DNA of 64,000 bases from Geosiphon pyriformis uo1 (lineage: Eukaryota > Fungi > Glomeromycota), in NCBI GenBank assembly GCA_016748015.1, contig JAAOMT010000710.1, positions 310,001-374,000 of the forward strand, read 5' to 3'. Under the pieces are notes generated by a model, which saw only the letters and a program-made list of their open reading frames with translations, was not told the origin of the DNA and ran no database searches. The position numbers and the translations under genes were made by a program. Below are positions 50,483 to 64,000 of this stretch, one piece after another. Position 1 is the stretch's first letter, and every line of letters starts with the position of its first letter.

Positions 50483-53400
50483 GTGACCTGGTCTGTAAGA
50501 TGGCTACGTGTAATATGAGAGGAATAAACAATCCTGCAAAACAGGACGATATCATTCATTGGCATAAGGATATGAACAATTTAGTTTCTATTTTTACAGA
50601 ATCAAAATTAAAGGGAAAGGTTCGCCCCTGGATTGTTAACAAATTTGATGGTGTACGGGTGTTTACCTCTGGTATGGAATCTGGTTATCTTGGTGCAGGT
50701 GTGGTGATTGTCATGGATTTTTCTTTGGCAAGACATGTTTGTAAGATTTCGGAAGTGCCTGGTTGGCTCCTGTCCATCAGATTGCTTTTCAGGAATAAAC
50801 TGTCTGTGTCAATTTTGGGGCTGTACGCTAATGCCTCTTTAGTGGCTCGGTTTTCTTAGACTGATGACATCAACTCTCTTATTGCAAAGGCTGTCAATGA
50901 ATTTTCTTTCATTATTCTTGGTGGTAATTTTAATGAAGATGGCTCTCATAAGTATGCAAGTTTTAGGAAATGTCTGGACATGAGTTTGGTTAATGCTCTG
51001 GGTGGGAACTTCTGTGGGAAATTGCCGACTTGGTCTAATTCTCGGGGCATTGCTAAGACAATTGATTATATGCTCATTTCTTCAAACCTAGTCAATGCAG
51101 TGGTAGGTCGCGACGTGGTTGGTGTTGGAGAATACTTTGATATTGATTATCAGGCTGTCTCAATGTGGGTGGGTTTAGGCAGTCTGCTAGATGTCCAATT
51201 GAATTCTGTCTGCAAGCAGATAAATAAGGATCGCTGGAAGTACAATTGCAAAGATGCAGATGATATTAAATGGGCCAAATTTAAAAAGGATACTGCGGCA
51301 AATGCTGCTATGTTTTATGACAATTTTCTTGCAGCCAGGATCTACTTGGACTTGGATTCGATGTGGGTTGCTCTCCGTAAAGTGATGTGTCTGTCTGCTG
51401 AGGCAGTTTTTAAAAGGAAGTGATTCAAGGACTATGATAAAATTTTTAGCAGGAAATCAACCAAGTTTTACAGACTAAAGCTCTTGGTGTCTAAGTTAGT
51501 TAAAGCATCTCATCTGGATTCTGCTGAGGAGTTTACTTCCTTGCTCAACAGGTGAGAAGGTGTGGATTCAGTCAATGCTTCTCCAGTGAAGTTTCTTTTC
51601 CTGTCAGGTTCCCACTTCGATGCTATTTGGTCAGTTTTGTCCAAAGTCAAAAAGTCTTATCGCTCCTCCAAAATGTCTGAAGCAGAGTGGATTAGGGAAT
51701 CTCAAATCAGGTCGGCGATAGATAAAAGGATGGAAAGTTTCGAATTGGACAAGGGTCATACTATTAGGAGCGTGTTGGAACGTTCTTTTCAAAAGGTAAC
51801 TTTGGATCATCTGGTTGTTGATGATAAGTTGGTATTAGAGCCTGATTTGGTTAAGGCTAAAGTAGATGCGGTCATGGAGGGATGGACTAGGAAGCGTGGT
51901 GTATTTTCTGATGTTACTGGTGTCTGGAGTCGCCAATACCAGCCTTTGGAGTATGTTTTTGATGATGCTTTTTCTGGTGTAATGTGCTCGATCGATTTTG
52001 ATGAGATGTCTAGCATTATTTCAAGTCTGCCCAATGAAAAAGCAGCTGAGCTCTCTGGTATCTCAAATGAGTTGTGGAAACATTGCGACAAATCAGTTCT
52101 GGATATGCTTTTAGTGCTTTTGAATGTTTGCTTGAAGCGTGAATCTGTTCCTGGGCCTTGGAAAGAGGCTTGGGTGTCAATGATCCCCAAACCATATGAA
52201 TGGGAGGGTGTTTTCATGAATACCCGTTCTATTGCTTTGATTGAGACAGCTCACAAAGTCTTTTCTAAAGTGCTTTTGGACAGGATTTTTTTAGCTTGTA
52301 GTGTTTTTGATGTTCTGAGGGGGGATAATTTTTCTGTCTTAAAAGATACGACTATGCAATTTCCTATTTTCACTATTGGTTTGGTCATTGAAGATGCTTT
52401 AGAAAAGAACCGAGAGCTGTGGCTGGTTTTGCAGGACATGCGAAAGACTTATGACTCTGTTGGTTGGGAACATCTGAGAAAAAGCTTGGTTAGGATAAAG
52501 ATGTATGGCAAATTTATTCAGTTTTTTGGTAGCATCCACAATGATCGGGTTAACAGAGTTATGACAGATTTTGGATTGACCAATAGATATCAGGTACATG
52601 ATGGCTTGGACCAAGGGGAGGTGTTTTCTCCTCTTCTCTGGTGCATATTTTATGATCCTCTTTTGTGTGAAATCAAGAGGCAAAAAAGTGTATGCAGATA
52701 CAGGTTAGACTCTCGTTTTGTTGCCAACACTGGTCGCACTGAATCTCAGGCTGGTTTGACTTCTTTTCTCGCAGCTGGTGCTTTCGTCAATGATACGATT
52801 TGGATTGGTAGCAGCCAGGCTGCCACTCAACATATTCTCAATGTTGCTAGTGATTTCTTTCGAGTCAATAACATTTCAATCAATAATAACAAGATGGTGG
52901 CCATTCCCATTAATTGCAGAGTTTCTGATCCTCATTTGTTGATCAGTGGTTTGCCTATTTTGATAGCCAAAAGGGGGGAGTCTCATTGGTACGTGGGTAT
53001 CTTTCTGTCTACTGAAGGTTTGTCGAAGCCTAGCTTGGCTAAGGCACACTTGGATGTTCAGTTCTTCACCAACGTTGTTCTAAAAAAAGCTATCTTTGAT
53101 AAGCAGTTCTCGTATTTGGTTTCAGCGGTTCTTCACTCTATCATTGCTTACAGGACTCAGTTTAGTTTTGTTTCTATTAGTGTGTGTGCAAAATGGGACA
53201 CTATGATTCATAAAAGTTTGAAGTTCAAATCTGGCCTGCCGCTCAACTTTCCCAATAATGCTATTTATCATCCTTCTTTGTATGGGTTGAAATCTTTTGA
53301 ACAGGTGCAGGCTAAGAACAAGTCAGCTGCTGTTGTTTGCTTTGCTAATTCTATGGGTATCTTAGGCCGCTTGTTTGCGCATAGGTCTCATGACTTACAG

Positions 53401-55167
53401 GTTCTCAGCTGGTGCCCTCGCCACCCCCTGCTTTTCCCTTCCCATATTAGTGTCAATCCTTTGAATAATTTTTTGGCTGGTGTCGTCTGAATTTTTTTGG
53501 GTTGCGATCTTTCTTTGGGTGGTCTCATGACCAAAGCTTTTCGTTTTCAAAAAGAGAACCTGATGTCTGTTGTTCTTGGTGAGCCAGCTTTTTATAAATG
53601 TGTCTCTTTGCTTTGGCGATATGAAATTGCCTTTGTTAAGCAGATTTGTAATCGAACTGGTTCTGTTTTTGAATGGAGGATTTTCAAGCGATGGAAAAGA
53701 CTGGATCCTCGGGGCCTAGTTCCTGATTGGTTCAATGTTGCTGTTCACTTTTTGTCTGGTTCTGGGTCTCTTCTCATTTGCTCTCTGTCGCCACTGAATG
53801 TTGATTTGTCAGACGTTCTTAAGTCTTGTGAGTTTGATGTTATCCGCAATCATTTGTTGGAGGTTGATTCTGATCGCCTTTTTTTGTTTACGGATGGTTC
53901 TCTGTATGGGCTGGGTACTCCTGGTATGAAAGCTGGCACCATGGTTTTTTTTGGGGACATTGATTTGGGTTTGGGTGTGGAGGTTTTTGGTTTGGTTTCT
54001 TCTACCATAGTGGAGTTACAGGCCATTGCTTTGGCTCTCGAGTGTGTTCCTCTTTCTCGTTCGGTCAATCTGTTTTCGGACAGCCAGGCTGTTTTAAATG
54101 CATGCAAGTCAGAGTTATTGTTGGGTCATCCAGATTTCAGAAATCAGTGTTGGGTCAAACGCCACCATATTTCTAATGTCATTCATTGCAAGAATTTGGA
54201 TGTTAATTGGATTAAAGTTAGAGATCACTTCGGAGTCTTGGGCAATAAGTGTGCTGACACTTTGGTTAGGGCTGCTGCGTCTTCTGGTGTGCATTTTCCT
54301 TACAAAATTAATGAACATTTTTTCAGGGCTGGCAGTGCTGTGGTTTCTAGTAATTCTAGACATTTTGTTCATGGGGTTTTCCGCTCTATTTACTGTGCAC
54401 ATTGGGAAGTTGGTTCTGGTTCTCAGGTTTTGGTGGACTGCTTGCGCGTTAATGTTGATTGGTCCAGGTTATATTTGGTGTGGCATCTGGACTCTTATTT
54501 GGCTGCTGGTTTCACTAGTACTCATACTGCTAGTTCTCGGACATATTTTATGAAGGCATTATATTATCATCTTTCTGTTGCTGTGCATAAGTGAATTTAC
54601 AGTAAGGAGTACCCCAGTGTGAGGTGTTTGTTCTGTGGTGATGTTGAGATTTCTGATCATGTTTTTTCTTGCCCTTTCAATGCTGGCAATCATGCTCAGT
54701 TGATAAACACTCATGCATCTGTTTGGGAAATGCATTCGGGTTTGTCTTGCTCGATTTCATGTGTTTCGCGGTCACTTTCTGATTGCACTTCCAATGCTGT
54801 TGTTTGTATGGCTATATGTAAGGGCTTTGTTTTCAATGAGTGGTATCGTGAATTTTTTTCTGTTTTCAAGGACTCTAAAGTGGCAGCTCAGAATATCATG
54901 GCATTTGTTCGTGAATTATGTCTTGTATTCTGTGATAATATTTGGCTGGTGCGTATGAAACACAGAGCTGTTATGAAGAAAGGTGGCTTGATCCTGTGTA
55001 ATGGCTCTATTCCTATCTCGGTTTCTGGTCTTCCTTTGGTGCTCTCGTCTGGTGTGGTTAGATTGTTGGGTATTGTTGATGCACTTGGTGTTAGTTTTGG
55101 GTTTTATAAATCTAGTTTATTCTTTTTAGGTGTAGGTAATATGGTCTCAGTGTGTGTAGGTGCTTAA
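50479..55167 (+). pseudogene. LINE-B ORF2 (APE-RT-RNaseH-CCHC)
   Basis: FTESK, IDYML, LDQGEVFSPLLW, AFV(N)DTIW, FTDGS...ELQAI...SDSQ, CLFCGDVEISDHVFSC; several stops. Confidence 0.9.
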
Positions 55168-55302
55168 TGTTGTCCTGACTAGTCTGAATGGCTGGTCACG
55201 TGTAGAAAATGCATGATTCATGCCTAGTTTAGATCACTTGTATGATGTATTGTACTAGGTAGTGTTTGAATCTTACTTATTAAATAAAAAAAATAAAAAA
55301 AA

Positions 55303-58300
55303 ATTTAATGAATAAGATCCAAACACCACCTAGAACTATACATCAATGAAATGATCTAAACTAGACATGAATCATGTATTTTACCATATGTAACCAGCCA
55401 CTTGAGCCAGTCAGGACAACACTATGCAATTATATTAACAGATGCCAGGTCTCCAATGCCTGAAAAAAATGAACAAAACTTGCGAAAGCCAAAAAGAATG
55501 CCAAAAGCTTCAGTAACACCAAACAATTTAACCACACCAGCTAAAAACCTCGAAACCAAACCAGAAACTGGGATGATAAATAATCTGTCTGCTGGGATCA
55601 AGCCATTTTTTTCTATAAAAACACAATACTTGGCATGGACCAACCAAATATTATTCCTAAAAGCAGAACATATAGAGTGCACAAAATCAGTAATTTTAAC
55701 ACCAGCAATCTTGGGGTCATGGAAAACAGTAATAGGCTCCTGAAGCCAACCATTGAAAACAAAATTCTTGTAAAGAGCTAAGGAAACTAGTAAATCTGGA
55801 GCACAGATCAACATCAATTACAACACAACCAAAGAGGGAAAAGAGAGCCCAGAAAGTGACCTTCAAGAAGACATACAGGATTCTAGAATCTGATGATGAG
55901 CCAAATTATCAACCACACAAGAAAACACATGATCAGAAACCTCTACCTTACCATAATACAGACACAGAACACTAGGATAACATTTATCATAAATACACCT
56001 CCAAACAGCCATAGGAAGCTAATGGTGTAAAGTCTTCATAAGATAAGTATGAGTATCAGCTATGAGCCTGCTAGTGAAACTGGTGGCCATATACAAATCA
56101 GGGTGCCAAACCCTAGAAGAGCTGAGCCAGTCAACATCTGAATGCAAACTACTAGCCAGAAATCCAGAACCAGAACTGACCTCCCAGTGCACATGACAAA
56201 CTGCATGACAAACATCCCAAACAAAGTGTTTAGAATTACCAGAAACAATGCCACCATCTGCCAACAAAAAGTGTCCATCCACGTAGGAAGAGAGATACCA
56301 ACCAGATAGAGAAGCAGCATCAGCAATACTATCAGCATGATTATTCTCTGAAACACTGGAGTGTCCCTTGACTTTGTGCCAGCTAACTTTCAAATTTTTA
56401 CTGTGGATAACATTCTAAATATGCCAACACTCAACCCAACATTGATTGTGAAAGTCAGGGCACATCAGGCTTAACTCAGACTTACAAGCATCTAAAGCTG
56501 CTTGACTATTCAAAAACAAATTAACAGAACAAGCTGCAAGCATGTACTCCAAAGCCAATGCTATAGCCTATAATTCCGTCAAAGTAGATGACACTAAACC
56601 TTGAACACTGACACCCACACCCAAATCAATGTCCTCAAAAAAAACAGCTGCCCCAGCTCTGCAATCAACTGTGTCCAAATTCCTCAAAGAACCATCTGTA
56701 TATATTAACAAACTATCAATGTTAACCTGGGAAAGATGATTACAGGCAGACACAAAATCATCAGACTCACAAAAATTAAGAGGACCAGCACCAACTGAGG
56801 CCAAAGAAGAGGAATGAAAAGCCACAAGAAATGCAACAAAAAGTTCAAACCAATCAGGAACTGGGCCATGAGAGTTCAGCCTCTTCCACTGCTTGAAGGT
56901 GTGCCAGCTAAAAACAACACCATGTTGATTACAAAGCTGATCCATGAAGGCAATACCAAAATGCCAGAGAGAAGGTAAAAACTTGAAAAACAAAGACTCG
57001 CCAAGAACAATAGACATAGAAACCCTGTCATGAAACCAAAAAACACTGGTCAAAGAGCCACCCAAAGACAGATTGCAATCAAGAAGAATGCGAACCATAC
57101 TAGCCAAGAAATTATTAGAAAAATTGATGCAAATATGAGCAGAAGAGATCAGTAGGTGAATGGGCCGCCAACACAGAATCTGTAAATCATATGACCTGTG
57201 ACCAAACAGATGTCCCAAAATCCCACTAGAGTTTGCAAAACTAATAAGTGAAGCCACTTTACTCTCAGATTGACACTGTGAAAACAACTTTAAACCATAA
57301 AAAGAAGGATAATGAATAGTATTACTAGGAAAATCTAGCAGGAGACCAGCTTTTAGCTTCAAGCCTCTGTGAATCAGAGCATTCTATTTATTGTACACAC
57401 CAACAGGAATATAGCCAAACTGCATTCTGTAGCCGATTATGGGATGGAGAACTACTAACACTAGATACAAGAATTGCTTATCTAAAACCGTCTTTCTCAG
57501 AACCAAATTAGTAAAGAAATGAACATTCAAATGTGTCTTAGCCAAGCTAGGCTTTAAAAGACCTTCAGTCGACAAAAAAATACCAAGATACCAATGAGAT
57601 TCCCCTCTACGGGCAACTGAAATAAGTGAACCACTAATAAAAAGAGACAGAACACTGATCCTGCAATTGATTGGAATGGTCACAGTTTTGTCATTATTAA
57701 TTGAAATGTTATTGACTCTAAAAAATTCACTAGCAATGTCAAGAATATGCTGAGTAGCAGCCTGACTGCCACCAACCCAAATAGTATCATCAACAAAGGC
57801 ACCAGCAGCAAAAAAGGAAGAAAGTTCAGTCTGAGACTTAGTGTGACCACTTTTAGAAACAAAATGAGAATTGAGCCTATAATTACACACACTCTCTTGA
57901 CACTTAACTTTATACAAAAGAGGATCATAAAATATGTGCCACAGCAGAAGGAAAAAAACTTCTTCTTGGTCCAATCCATCAAACACCTGATAACCATCGG
58001 TCAAACCAAAATCTGTCATGACATGGTTGATTTGGTTCTTATAAATACTACCAAAAAAGTGAACAAATTTACTACACATTTTGATCCTAACCAAACTCCT
58101 CTCAAGATGCTCTTAGCTAACTGAATTATATGTCTTCTGCATATTCTGCAGAACAAGCCAAAGTTCTCAGTTTTTTTTCAAAGCATCCTCAATTACCAAG
58201 CCAACTGTAAAAATAGGAGACTGAGTTGTTGTACCTTTTAAAACTGAAAAATTGTCACCACACAAAACATCATAGAAGCTGCAAGCCAATGAGATCCTAT

Positions 58301-61300
58301 CTGAAAGAATCTTGGAGAGAATTTTGTGAGCTGTTTCAATTAAAGCAATAGGACAAGTATTCGTGAGAACACCCTCCCACTCATAAGGTTTGGGAATCAT
58401 CACAATCCAAGCCTCCTTCCAAGAGCCAGACACCAACTCACAAGACAAACAAGAATTTAAAAGAACCAAAAGCAAACCCAAAACTGATTTATCACAACGT
58501 TTCCAAAGCTCATTAGAGATGCCTGAGAGACCAGCAGCTTTTCTATCAGGCAGACTGGAAACCACACAATACAACTCATCAACATTAATCTCATTCATTA
58601 CCCCAGAAAAAGCATCATCAAAAATGTAGTCCAAAGGTCTGTATTGACAAGACCAAATATTAGAGATATTATCAACCACTACATGTTTCCTGGTCTATCC
58701 TTCTATAATAGCATCCATCTTAGATTTCACCAAATCAGATTCAAGAACCAACTCATCATTCACAACCAGATGGTCCAAAACCACTTTGCAAAAGGGATGC
58801 TCTAACACACTTCTGATTATACGACTCTTATCTAGTTCAAAACTTTTCATCCTATTGTTAATAGCCTGTCTAATGTGAAACTCCTCAGTGTGCTTAGACT
58901 CCAGCAATTTTAAAGAGTGATATAACCTCCTCGCTTTGGCCAGAGCAGAACAAATGTCATCAAATTTAGCACCAGAATAGAATATAGATTTCACTGACAA
59001 TGCACCAGCAGAGTCAAGATTGTTTTATGTAACCAAAAGCAAAACAAAACTGACACTAGAACTCAAATGAGAAGCCTTTACCAGCTTGGAAACCAACAGC
59101 TCCAGCTTGTGAAACCTAGATGATACCCTATTGTGAACCATATCAAAATCCTTAAACCATCTTTTTTTGAAAGTACCACTAGCTGAGAGAACCATAATCT
59201 TGTGAATGACATCCCACATAGTGTCAAGATCAAAAAATTTCACAGCATCACTAAATGCACCTGAAAACATAGTAGCATTAGCAGTCATAGCATCCTTAAA
59301 CTCAAGCCATTTAGCTTCACTGGCATTTTTGACATCAAATTTCCAACAATCTTTATTCATTTGTTTGTAAAGAGAAAACAAGTATGTATCCAGCAAACCA
59401 CCCAGGCCTAGAGATACAGACACAGCTTGGTGGTCTGTATCAAAATAATCACCAACATCTGAAACACTGCAATGTACCAAAGAATTGACCAGATTCAGTG
59501 AAACAAATACATAATCAATAGTCTTCATGACACCTTTAGAGTTTGCCCAAGTGGGCATCCTAACAGCTGGGCTTCCAATCAAAAAGTTAACCAACCCCAA
59601 CTCAAGGTACTTTTTAAAATTTGCACACTTCCAAGAACCATTTTCATTAAAATCACTGCCAAAGATAACAAAAGAAGACTCATTAATAGCCTTAGCAATA
59701 AAAAAGTTGATCTTACCAGTCTAAGAAAACCAAACCATTGATGAAGTGCCAGCATAGAGCCCCAAAATAGATACTGAAAGTTTATTTTTGAAAAGTAACC
59801 TAATGGATAGGAGCCAACTAGGCACTTTAAAGACCTTGTAGACATGTTTAGCCAAAGAAGAATTCACGACAATCATTACACCAGCACCCAGAGAACCAGA
59901 ATCCAGACCAGAAGTAAAAACCCGAACACCATCAAATTTGTTGGCCAACCATGGGTGAACTCTTCCTTTAAGTTTTGACTCTATAAAAATAGAAACCAAA
60001 TTGTTCATATCCTTGTGCCAATAAATAACATCATCTTGCTTTGCAGGACTGTTCAACCCATGAACATTACACATTGCAATTTTTCACACCAGACTACTCA
60101 TTAAGAAAGAGGTAAAGAAGGAGCACCACCCACCAAAGCCAAACCATCCAAGTGTGCCAAGAGGCTCATGACCAAAGCAGAGAGACCTTCCAACATGTTT
60201 TCTAGTTTTACAACCTCAGGTGAGGCATTTGAACCCGAAACAGCAGCAGTCTTGCCACTAGTGGCTTTACCCAAACCCACTTCCATCACTATATCCTCTC
60301 CTTGATTTTGTGATGAGAGGGTTACTGGCAGCTAACATCCAGGGCTAGGCTGGGAAACCACTGATACGAATGACTCCAACCTCTTAGCCAACTCACTAAT
60401 TTGTTCTGTGAGGCTGACAAAACTGTTTTCAATATTAACTAGATGTGATTCTAAATTGTTTACCACAGGAGGGAGAGGTTTGCTATTTCTTAAGAAACCA
60501 AATTGAGAATCGTAGCCAAGAGAACCACCCAAAGGAGTAGAGCCAGCCACCGATGCCCAAGTTTTCTCACCAAAAGCCAAAGGGCAGGAAATAGGTGCTG
60601 ATTTCTTTTCATAAATTTTCGCCAATCTAAATCAATCATGAGCTGAGAGAAGAGCCCTCCTGTTCTTGGGAATTGGAAAGACTTCAACTGATTTACAAAA
60701 CAAAGAAGTATGGCCAAGAAAATCACAAGCAGAGCATACAGGAGAAAACAAATGTGACCAGCAGAAACCAACACTCTTTATAACTGGCATGACAGCTACA
60801 GCCTGGTTTATATCTTCCTCAGAGTCAAAACACACAGTGGCACAGCATGCACGAGTGTAGTTAACAGAATTATGGTCGATGACGCATGTTTTTCCACCAA
60901 CTGAAACAAGAAAATCTTACAAATCATGTGCATTCATCCCTACAGAAAGAGTGTAGAGCAATGTCCTAAATCTGTCTCTGGAGTCCCATGTTTGTTTGTC
61001 AATGTTGGCCCTGGCCACACGAACTGCATCTTTTCCAATGAGAATAGACCACATGAATGCCAAGAGATCAGCCTGATTTTGATTCTCCAATTTGACAAAT
61101 GTCTTTTGCCACAAATCCACCAGTTGCATTTTAATTAACTTAATTATCCCAAATTCGAATACAGCAGTACATACAGTCTCAATAAAAGTTCTCACAGAAA
61201 TTTTTTTTAGCACAATTGCCTGATTTGTATAATTGTAGCCAGAGTGTTTGAAATCAGTGTTTACTACAACACCACGCTCATTTGCCAAGTTTACCGCAGC

Positions 61301-62025
61301 CATCATTGCCTTTTCAGAAGTAAAAGTTACATTGATAATACCACCAAATTTTGAGGGAGTAGAGGCCCCCCCAAAACCATTCACACCTGAAAAATTTTTT
61401 TTGATAAAACTCAATTTTTTCTAAGAAGACTTCCCAGCAATAGCCACAAAGTCAATATCTAAAGCAAAAGACTTGCAAACAGACACTAGAATGGATGGCT
61501 TGATAAGAAGAGAGGGCAGGAGAAGGAAGGAATCATCCAACACATTATTTTTTGTATTGACAATATCATAATCAATCACACCCAGTGGCTTTCCTAACAC
61601 TTTCTTGGTCTTTATATGCAAACCCTTCAGTGTCTGGTCAGCATCCCCTTCTGTGAATGTACCACTTTCACCATAGTTGACACTGGTTTCTTCAACCAAG
61701 CACTTTTCCTCCATGTCAATACTCTTAGACTCCATAATGTCACCAGTTTCAGAACCTTATGAATGAGCACCAGGAGCTTTAGCAGCAATCTTTTTATTAT
61801 TAATACTCTTTTCCAATACATCTCCCTTTCTCTTCTTCCTCGATGTAACAGCCTTAAAACCATCTTCAGAACCAGAAACTTTAATAGTCTTCTTCATAAC
61901 AGCAATAACAGAGCCAACAGTGGCCTTGTAATCGAAAAATGGTTTTGATTTATCATACTGAATGGTAAAAAACTTCTTTTGACTCTTTTTTGGAAATTTC
62001 GGACAAAGAAGAGAAAAAAGTTTTT
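55303..62025 (-). mobile_element. LINE-C: full-length non-LTR retrotransposon; its poly(A) tail is displaced to 48456-48478
   Basis: ORF1 ~61897-60098, ORF2 60101-55422 (AFVDDTIW, YTDGS). TSD TAAATATTGT at 62026-62035 and 48446-48455. 5' end is the same subfamily as LINE-A. Confidence 0.93.
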
Positions 62026-63127
62026 TAAATATTGTAAATATTATAATAACTAATTATTAATTAGATTTTTGTAGTATTTTTTGATTTATGTATTATATAT
62101 AAAGCAATTATTAAATATTGTTTTATATTAATTCTGTAAAATATAAAATCTGTTATTTAATATTTTATTAATTATAAATGATTTTTTTTAATAACTTAAA
62201 AATTTGTTATTAAAAATATTGTTTTATAATTGAGTTTGGTTATTTTTTTAAAAATTCAGTTTTAATATTAGCTTTAATAAGTAATATTATTATTTATTTA
62301 TAAAATAGATAGAAAAATTCATAATTAATTATATTATAATTTATTATTTAATATATAAAAAGTGCTAAAAACAAAAATTTGTTTTATAAGTTTGTTTTTT
62401 TATTGGTTTTTGCTAAAGTTTTATAAAATATTTTTTTAATCTATTTATTTAAAGATAATAAAAAAAAGTTTGTAATATGTTCTAGGTTTTTTAAAAACTT
62501 TTTTATTAATAAACTAAAGAATATCTATTTTTATATATAATTTTTTTATAAATAAAACTGATAATTAAAATGATTATTTAATTAGATATTAATATTGTTT
62601 TTATGAATTTTATTAAAAAATTTGTTGATATTATAATATTTTATTATTATTAAATATTATTATTAAAAATTTAACAATATTTATTCTAATTTTATTAAAA
62701 AATTAATTAACAGAAATTGAATAAATGTTTTTTTAATTGATTTTACTTTTTTGTTAACAAATATTACAAATTTTAATATATTTTATTGTATTTTTTTTTA
62801 ATGTTGACTAATAATATTTTTTGAATTGCTTTTGTTTTTTCAAAATATTTTACTAAAGAATTTTATATATTGTAATTTTTATTTTTTTAAAATAAATAAC
62901 TTATTATAATTAATTTAATTTTTTTAATATAATTAGTTTTGTTAAATTAAATAAAAATTTGTTAGTATTTACAACTATTTTTTGCTGTTAATTGTATTTT
63001 AATAAATATTGTCTTTTATTTAAAAATTTAATAAGTGTTAAATAGTTTTTTAAATTTATTGTTATGTTTAATTTAAAGCAATTTATTAAAAATTAATTTA
63101 ATTAATTTTATTATTATTATTATTAGC

Positions 63128-64000
63128 TTTTAATGAATGAAGCCCAATTGCTATCTAGTACAAAAAGCCAAACTAAGTGGCTTATATTAGATACAACTCA
63201 CACACTCCCTACATGTGATTAGCCACTCAGGTCAGACAAAGCATTAATTAGCATTAATTTGTTTTTTATTAAATAATTAATTAAAATAAAGCATTTATAT
63301 TTTAATTATTTATTTTTTTATAATATTTTATATTATATTTATATTTATTTAAATTTACAATTTAACAAGAAATTTTTTTATAATCCAGTTTTTTTTTGTT
63401 TTTTAATTAAACTAAATTTTAATAATTAGTATAAAGATTAAATTATTTTTAAAAAAGTATTTATACCAATAAATAGTAAATTATATTATAGCTAAATATT
63501 TTTTTACTTTGGTTAAGTTTAAAGATTTTTATTTTTTATAACAAAATAACTTAAAAAGTGAGTAAATTATTATTTAAAAAATAATTTAATTAAGTTGATT
63601 TAAGTTTAGTATTTCTAAAAAGATCAAAAACTTTTTAAAGATAATTTAAATATTTATTTTAAGTTTTTGAATTATAATTATATTATTAAAATATATAAAA
63701 ACGAATTTTTAATGTTTTGGTTTAAATATTTTGTTTATTAATTTTTAAAAAATAGGCAAAATATTTATTAATTCAAAAAATATTACAATAAACTTGTAAA
63801 TTTTATATATTATTGTAAATATGATTTTTTTTTAATAAAATCTATTTTTACTTATTAAAATTTAATAGTTAAATTAATTGTTATAAAATAAATTAAGTTT
63901 TCAAATTAATTAAAAATATTGTTAACTCTTAAAAATAAATATATATCTTATTTAATAATAATATTTAATTGTTAATAATAAATACAAAATAATAAAATTT
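63128..64000 (-). mobile_element. LINE-F: well-preserved 3' UTR (63128-63246) with probable eroded ORF2 C-terminus
   Basis: Minus strand ...GAGTGGCTAATCACATGT...CTTCATTCATTAAAA is homologous to the 3' UTRs of A/B/C and closest to that of LINE-D. The adjacent sequence is extremely AT-rich. Confidence 0.7.

Larger units (their letters stand above)
48479..55302 (+). mobile_element. LINE-B: full-length non-LTR retrotransposon nested in the 3' end of LINE-C
   Basis: ORF1 48635-50482 and ORF2 50479-55167 (642-aa uninterrupted RT stretch), poly(A) tail, TSD ATTTAATGAA at 48469-48478 and 55303-55312. Confidence 0.94.

Overview
Eukaryotic, AT-rich fungal DNA with short GT-AG introns. The TKL-type kinase and the retroelement families suggest Glomeromycotina/Mucoromycota, possibly Geosiphon-like (inference). 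A CpG-retaining gene island (~25.7-46.4 kb) holds OCT1, an MKK1-type MAP2K, SKN7, a secreted RlpA/expansin-like protein, an intron-containing tRNA-Tyr, U6 snRNA plus an inverted internally deleted U6 copy, a CHR chromate transporter and a Bax-inhibitor-1 family gene. The island is flanked by transposon nests. These contain three near-full-length APE-RT-RNaseH LINEs with 9-10 bp TSDs, at least three older copies eroded by C>T/G>A changes, a Tc1/mariner element, and the 5' half of a Ty3/Gypsy-like element. A hAT-like MITE lies inside the island and a TKL kinase lies within the left nest. Most notable observations: (1) a U6 with an extra 3' UUCG hairpin and plant-like USE+TATA promoter, and a 'mini-U6' that keeps promoter and terminator but lacks the catalytic core; (2) a LINE family with structured 5' and 3' ends, ATGA-coupled ORFs and repeated antiparallel self-nesting, best supported by TSDs; (3) RIP-like, non-CpG-restricted repeat erosion.
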